From Mosigvirus mar005p1, in sequence record OZ035759.1: a DNA stretch of 64,000 nucleotides, one strand, 5' to 3'. This document shows, piece by piece, positions 56,435 through 64,000 of this stretch. The stretch's first letter is position 1; each line of letters starts with the position of its first letter. Made by a program: the position numbers and the translations under genes. The notes beneath the pieces are model-generated. The model ran no database searches. It was not told where the DNA came from and saw only the letters and a program-made list of their open reading frames with translations.

Positions 56435-57259
56435 ATGATGTTTGGCTATTTTTACAACTCGTCGTTCAGGCGATATATCACAATGATGGGCGATTTGTTT
56501 TCAAATATCCAAGTTAACCGTCAATTGTCTACAGGCAATAAATTAATTAGAGTTCCTATTACGTATGCATCTAAAGAGCACTTTATGATGAAACTTAATA
56601 AATGGACCTCTATAAACTCACAAGAAGATGTGGCTAAAGTCGAAACTATTCTACCACGTATAAATCTCCAAATGGTAGATTTCGTTTATAACCCAACGTT
56701 TAAAACGAATATATTGAATAACTCTCTTTTGAGTAAATCGACTAAGGATATTGTAGACCAATACAACCCATCACCAATTAAAATGATTTTTGAACTGAGC
56801 ATCTTTACTCGTTATGAAGATGATATGTTCCAAATCGTTGAGCAAATTATTCCATATTTTCAGCCGCATTTTAATACGACTATGATTGAGCAATACGGGC
56901 AGGATATTCCATTTGAAAGGGATATTAAAGTCGTATGGATGGCAGCAGCAATGGATGAACAAATAGACGGTGATAATTTATCTCGTCGACGTTTAGAGTG
57001 GTCATTAACATTTGAAGTAAATGGATGGATGTATCCTCCGGTAGGCGCAGCTGAAGGCCTTATTAAAACGACTTATCTTGATTTTCATGCTAATGAACGA
57101 GACCTTCAAACAGCCGCCAGTGTTTTTGAATCAGTTGATACAGAAATTAAACCGAGAGACGTTGAAGCACAAGATTGGAATGGTGAAGTTGAACAAACTT
57201 ATACTCATGATATTCCAATCCCGACTCCACCAACCCCTCCTGGTCCTAGAAAACAATAA
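56435..57259 (+). CDS. 15: gp15 tail sheath completion / tail terminator
   Basis: 274 aa (ATG-ATG; second ATG at 56438 better spaced from AGGAG). Confidence 0.85.
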   Translation: MMFGYFYNSSFRRYITMMGDLFSNIQVNRQLSTGNKLIRVPITYASKEHFMMKLNKWTSINSQEDVAKVETILPRINLQMVDFVYNPTFKTNILNNSLLSKSTKDIVDQYNPSPIKMIFELSIFTRYEDDMFQIVEQIIPYFQPHFNTTMIEQYGQDIPFERDIKVVWMAAAMDEQIDGDNLSRRRLEWSLTFEVNGWMYPPVGAAEGLIKTTYLDFHANERDLQTAASVFESVDTEIKPRDVEAQDWNGEVEQTYTHDIPIPTPPTPPGPRKQ

Positions 57260-57268
57260 GAGGTAAAT

Positions 57269-59582
<2,314 letters not shown>

Positions 59583-59612
59583 ATAAAATAAAGCAAATTA
59601 AGAGGAATTAAA

Positions 59613-61595
59613 ATGGCACTTCTCTCTCCGGGCGTTGAGCTCAAAGAAACTACCGTACAGAGTACTGTAGTTAATAACTCCACTGGTACTGCTGCCCTGG
59701 CTGGAAAATTCCAATGGGGACCTGCATTCCAGATTAAACAAATCACTGATGAAGTTGCATTGGTTGATATGTTTGGTACTCCTAATACGGATACAGCAGA
59801 TTATTTCATGTCTGCTATGAACTTCCTTCAATATGGTAATGACCTTCGTGTTGTACGCGCAGTTGATCGTGATACTGCTAAGAACTCATCTCCTGTAGCA
59901 GGCAATATTGAATTCACAATCTCTGCTGCTGGTAGTAACTATGCAGTTGGTGATAAAATTATCGTTAAGTATTTGACCGAAACTGTTGAAGCAGATGGTT
60001 ATGTCACTTCAGTTGATGTCGATGGTAAAATTCGTAACATTTATATCCCAACCGGTAAAATTATTGCTCGTGCAAAAGAAATTAATGAATATCCGGCATT
60101 AGGTTCTAACTGGACCGCTGAAGTTGCCAGTTCTTCTTCTGGACTTTCTGGCGTTATTACAATTGGTTCTATCGTAACCGATTCGGGTATTCTGTTAACT
60201 GAAGTTGAAACTTCTGAAGAAGCTATTACTTCTCTAACTTTCCAAGAATCTATTAAAAAATATGGCGTCCCAGGCGTAGTTGCTCTTTATCCTGGTGAAC
60301 TTGGCGACCAGCTCGAAATTGAAATCGTATCTAAAGCAGACTATGACAAAGGTGCTTCAGCCCAGTTAAAAATTTATCCTGATGGTGGTACTCGTGCATC
60401 TACTGCTAAAGCAATCTTTGGGTATGGCCCACAAACCGATGACCAATATGCAATTATCGTTCGTCGTAACGATGCTGTAGTCCAGAGTGTAGTTCTTTCT
60501 ACTAAACGTGGTGAACGCGATATTTATGGTAGTAATATCTTTATTGATGATTTCTTTGCTAAAGGCGCAAGCAATTATATTTTCGCTACTGCACAAGGTT
60601 GGCCAAAAGGTTTCTCTGGCGTAATCAAACTGGGTGGTGGCTTATCATCTAATGAAACGGTTGACGCTGGTGATTTAATGGAAGCTTGGGATTTGTTTGC
60701 TGACCGCGAATCTGTTAATGCGCAGTTGTTTATTGCTGGTTCTTGTGCAGGTGAATCTTTAGAAGTTGCTTCTACAGTTCAGAAACATGTTGTAGCAATT
60801 GGTGATTCTCGTCAAGATTGCTTGGTTCTTTGCTCACCGCCACGTGCAACTATAGTTGGTATTCCTGTTAATCGTGCAGTTGATAATCTGGTCGATTGGC
60901 GTACTGCATCAGGAACTTACACTGATAATAACTTTAATGTAAGTTCTACTTACGCTGCTATTGACGGTAACTATAAATATCAATATGACAAATATAATGA
61001 CGTGAATCGTTGGGTTCCATTAGCTGCTGATATTGCTGGTCTTTGTGCTCGCACAGACAATATTTCTCAGCCTTGGATGTCTCCTGCCGGTTATAACCGT
61101 GGACAAATTCTTAACGTTATTAAGCTTGCAATTGAAACTCGTCAACCACAGCGTGATCGTTTGTATCAGGAAGCTATTAACCCTGTTACTGGTACCGGTG
61201 GTGATGGGTATGTTCTGTACGGTGATAAAACTGCCACTTCTGTTCCTTCACCATTTGACCGTATTAACGTTCGTCGTTTGTTCAATATGGTTAAAACGAA
61301 CATTGGTTCAGCATCTAAATATCGCCTGTTTGAATTGAACAACGCATTTACCCGTTCTTCTTTCCGTACAGAGACTTCTCAATATCTACAGGGTATTAAA
61401 GCTCTCGGTGGTGTATATAACTTTAAAGTTGTTTGTGATACTACCAATAACACCCCAGCAGTTATCGACCGTAATGAATTTGTAGCTACTTTCTACTTAC
61501 AACCTGCCCGCTCGATAAATTATATTACGTTGAACTTTGTAGCAACAGCAACTGGTGCCGATTTCGACGAACTGATTGGTGCTGTAGGTGGTTAA
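59613..61595 (+). CDS. 18: gp18 tail sheath protein
   Basis: 660 aa; T4 order/size. Confidence 0.95.
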   Translation: MALLSPGVELKETTVQSTVVNNSTGTAALAGKFQWGPAFQIKQITDEVALVDMFGTPNTDTADYFMSAMNFLQYGNDLRVVRAVDRDTAKNSSPVAGNIEFTISAAGSNYAVGDKIIVKYLTETVEADGYVTSVDVDGKIRNIYIPTGKIIARAKEINEYPALGSNWTAEVASSSSGLSGVITIGSIVTDSGILLTEVETSEEAITSLTFQESIKKYGVPGVVALYPGELGDQLEIEIVSKADYDKGASAQLKIYPDGGTRASTAKAIFGYGPQTDDQYAIIVRRNDAVVQSVVLSTKRGERDIYGSNIFIDDFFAKGASNYIFATAQGWPKGFSGVIKLGGGLSSNETVDAGDLMEAWDLFADRESVNAQLFIAGSCAGESLEVASTVQKHVVAIGDSRQDCLVLCSPPRATIVGIPVNRAVDNLVDWRTASGTYTDNNFNVSSTYAAIDGNYKYQYDKYNDVNRWVPLAADIAGLCARTDNISQPWMSPAGYNRGQILNVIKLAIETRQPQRDRLYQEAINPVTGTGGDGYVLYGDKTATSVPSPFDRINVRRLFNMVKTNIGSASKYRLFELNNAFTRSSFRTETSQYLQGIKALGGVYNFKVVCDTTNNTPAVIDRNEFVATFYLQPARSINYITLNFVATATGADFDELIGAVGG

Positions 61596-61606
61596 TAAGA
61601 CGCCTG

Positions 61607-61628
61607 ATGGGCTATTTCGGTAGCCCAT
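61607..61628 (+). terminator. hairpin after gene 18, adjacent to late promoter
   Basis: ATGGGCTA-TTTCGG-TAGCCCAT; weak U-tract. Confidence 0.45.
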
Positions 61629-61635
61629 ATAAATA
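61628..61635 (+). promoter_or_regulatory. late promoter (TATAAATA) for gene 19
   Basis: Exact consensus upstream of gene 19. Confidence 0.65.
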
Positions 61636-61707
61636 TACTATATCGTTTAAAAATTAATTCTATGGGCATCTGGTTAATCTAGAGCCCATAATACTACAGA
61701 GGCTAAT

Positions 61708-62199
61708 ATGTTTGTAGATGACGTAACTCGCGCCTTCGAATCTGGTGATTTCGCTCGCCCTAACCTGTTCGAAGTAGAAATCTCTTATCTTGGGCAAAAC
61801 TTTAGCTTCCAGTGTCGTGCTACGGCTCTTCCTGCTGCGATCGTTGAAAAGGTTCCTGTTTCTTATATGAACCGTAAAATTAACGTGGCCGGTGATCGTA
61901 CATTCGATGATTGGACTATTACAGTAATGAACGATGATGCTCATAGCATTCGTCAGAAATTTGTTGATTGGCAAGGTATTGCAGCAGGACAAGGTAATGA
62001 AATTACCGGTGGTAAACCTGCTGAATATAAAAAGTCTGCTATCGTTCGTCAATTTGCTCGTGATGCTAAAACGGTCACTAAAGAAGTTGAAATTGTCGGC
62101 TTGTGGCCTACTAACGTTGGTGAAGTATCTCTTGATTGGGATTCGAATAACGAGATTGAAACGTTCGAAGTAACTCTTGCTCTTGATTGGTGGGAATAA
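61708..62199 (+). CDS. 19: gp19 tail tube protein
   Basis: 163 aa, same length as T4 gp19; late promoter upstream. Confidence 0.9.
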   Translation: MFVDDVTRAFESGDFARPNLFEVEISYLGQNFSFQCRATALPAAIVEKVPVSYMNRKINVAGDRTFDDWTITVMNDDAHSIRQKFVDWQGIAAGQGNEITGGKPAEYKKSAIVRQFARDAKTVTKEVEIVGLWPTNVGEVSLDWDSNNEIETFEVTLALDWWE

Positions 62200-62206
62200 T
62201 CTGGTT

Positions 62207-62220
62207 GGGGAGAAATCCCC
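62207..62220 (+). terminator. hairpin after gene 19
   Basis: GGGGA-GAAA-TCCCC; no clear U-tract. Confidence 0.4.
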
Positions 62221-62247
62221 AGCTTCCCGTGATGACGGAGAAGTCCA

Positions 62248-62255
62248 TATAAATA
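62248..62255 (+). promoter_or_regulatory. late promoter (TATAAATA) for gene 20
   Basis: Exact consensus about 29 nt upstream of the gene 20 ATG. Confidence 0.65.
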
Positions 62256-62283
62256 TAACTATAATTCCCATTCGGAGAATACA

Positions 62284-63855
62284 ATGAAATTTAATATCTT
62301 AAGTTTGTTTGCTCCATGGGCAAAAATGGACGAACGTGATTACAAAGACCAAGAAAAAGAAAATTTAGAATCGATCACCACACCAAAATTAGATGACGGC
62401 GCTAAAGAATACGAAGTATCTGAAAATGAAGCACAGCAAACATATAATGCTATGTTTCAGAGAATGTTCGGTAGTCAAGAACCAGGGCTCAAATCAACCC
62501 GTGAATTAATCGATACGTATCGAAATTTGATGACGAACTATGAAGTGGATAATGCGGTCTCTGAAATAGTTTCCGATGCTATCGTGTATGAAGATGATAC
62601 AGAAGTCGTTTCTATAAATTTAGACAACACAAAATTTAGTCCAAATATCAAATCAATGATGTTGGATGAATTTAACGAAGTGTTAAATCATTTATCTTTC
62701 CAACGTAAAGGTTCAGATCATTTTAGACGTTGGTATGTGGATTCTCGAATTTTCTTCCATAAAATTATTGACCCTAAACGCCCTAAAGAAGGTATTAAAG
62801 AGCTTCGTCGTTTAGACCCACGTCAAGTTCAATATGTCCGTGAAGTTATTACAACCACTGAAGCCGGTGTTAAAATAGTCAAGGGTTATAAAGAATATTT
62901 CATTTATGACACATCACACGAATCTTATGCTTGTGATGGACGCATATATGAAGCTGGCACAAAAATAAAAATCCCTAAAGCCGCGATTGTTTATGCCCAT
63001 TCTGGTTTAGTTGATTGTTGTGGTAAAAATATCATCGGTTATTTGCATAGGGCTATTAAGCCAGCGAACCAATTAAAACTTCTTGAAGATGCTGTCGTAA
63101 TTTATCGTATTACTCGTGCTCCCGATCGTCGTGTATGGTACGTTGATACAGGTAATATGCCTTCAAGAAAAGCAGCAGAACATATGCAACATGTTATGAA
63201 TACGATGAAAAACCGTATTGCATACGATGCTACCACAGGCAAGATTAAAAACCAACAGCATATTATGTCGATGACCGAAGATTATTGGTTACAACGACGT
63301 GATGGTAAAGCAGTAACAGAAGTTGATACATTACCAGGTGCAGATAATACCGGAAATATGGAAGATGTACGTTGGTTCCGTAATGCGCTTTATATGGCTT
63401 TACGTATTCCTATTACCCGTATTCCAAGCGACCAAGGTGGTATACAGTTTGATGCTGGTACTTCTATTACACGAGATGAATTGTCATTTGGTAAATTTAT
63501 TCGTGAGCTGCAACATAAATTTGAAGAGATATTCCTAGACCCGCTTAAAACTAATTTAATTCTTAAAGGAATTATTACAGAAGATGAGTGGAATGATGAA
63601 ATAAATAATATTAAGATAAAATTTCATCGGGATAGTTATTTCTCGGAATTAAAGGATGCTGAGATTCTGGAGCGTCGCATTAATATGCTTCAGATGGCCG
63701 AACCATTTATTGGTAAATATATTTCTCACAGAACAGCTATGAAAGATATTCTTCAGATGTCTGATGAGGAAATTGAACAAGAGGCTAAGCAAATTGAAGA
63801 AGAGTCGAAAGAGGCTCGTTTCCAAGACCCCGACCAAGAACAAGAGGATTTTTAA
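62284..63855 (+). CDS. 20: gp20 portal vertex protein
   Basis: 523 aa; late promoter upstream. Confidence 0.95.
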   Translation: MKFNILSLFAPWAKMDERDYKDQEKENLESITTPKLDDGAKEYEVSENEAQQTYNAMFQRMFGSQEPGLKSTRELIDTYRNLMTNYEVDNAVSEIVSDAIVYEDDTEVVSINLDNTKFSPNIKSMMLDEFNEVLNHLSFQRKGSDHFRRWYVDSRIFFHKIIDPKRPKEGIKELRRLDPRQVQYVREVITTTEAGVKIVKGYKEYFIYDTSHESYACDGRIYEAGTKIKIPKAAIVYAHSGLVDCCGKNIIGYLHRAIKPANQLKLLEDAVVIYRITRAPDRRVWYVDTGNMPSRKAAEHMQHVMNTMKNRIAYDATTGKIKNQQHIMSMTEDYWLQRRDGKAVTEVDTLPGADNTGNMEDVRWFRNALYMALRIPITRIPSDQGGIQFDAGTSITRDELSFGKFIRELQHKFEEIFLDPLKTNLILKGIITEDEWNDEINNIKIKFHRDSYFSELKDAEILERRINMLQMAEPFIGKYISHRTAMKDILQMSDEEIEQEAKQIEEESKEARFQDPDQEQEDF

Positions 63856-64000
63856 TGGACGATTTAATTCAAGCTATTAAATCAAACGACCTCGTTGCTA
63901 CTCGAAAGTTTTTTGAAAGTGCAATGGCAGAAAAAACGGTTCGTTTGATTGAAGCACGCAAAGCAGAAATCGCTTCTCAATTTTTGATTGAAGGCGAAGA
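63856..64000 (+). CDS. 67: gp67-position prohead core protein, 5' part only
   Basis: ATG directly after gp20 stop; [27 protein letters not shown]...; assignment by position. Confidence 0.5.

Overview
This window is a contiguous segment of a T4-like (Tevenvirinae) myovirus genome, collinear with the phage T4 map from gene 55 to the start of gene 67. It is a relative of T4, not T4 itself (the lysozyme is recognisably T4 e but diverged). Positions 1-38964 are a densely packed block of early/middle genes on the minus strand: gp55 late sigma factor, nrdG/nrdD anaerobic ribonucleotide reductase, endonuclease VII, nrdC, rI, tk, regB, a GrcA-like glycyl-radical protein, denV, lysozyme e, nudE, two tRNAs, ipI, 57B/57A and genes 1, 3, 2, 4. 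These are interleaved with many small accessory ORFs, most preceded by a sigma70-type early promoter (GTTTAC-N17/18-TATAAT). Positions 39026-64000 are plus-strand late structural genes (53, 5, 5.1, 5.4, 6-12, wac, 13-20, start of 67) with TATAAATA late promoters and hairpin terminators. I saw no CRISPR array, integrase, transposase, intron or homing endonuclease. The most interesting material is in the hypervariable accessory intervals (nrdC-rI, tk-denV and e-tRNA): paralogous gene families, a predicted Pol-beta-type nucleotidyltransferase, P-loop ATPases, a macrodomain protein, secreted and membrane proteins, six capsid-targeted internal-protein genes, and repeated palindromic promoter/terminator cassettes. 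Nothing here can be claimed as a new system from sequence alone. All calls rest on motif recognition and recalled T4 gene order; no database search was run. The ORF track uses TTG/GTG as well as ATG starts, so several starts were moved to the first ATG with a Shine-Dalgarno sequence.
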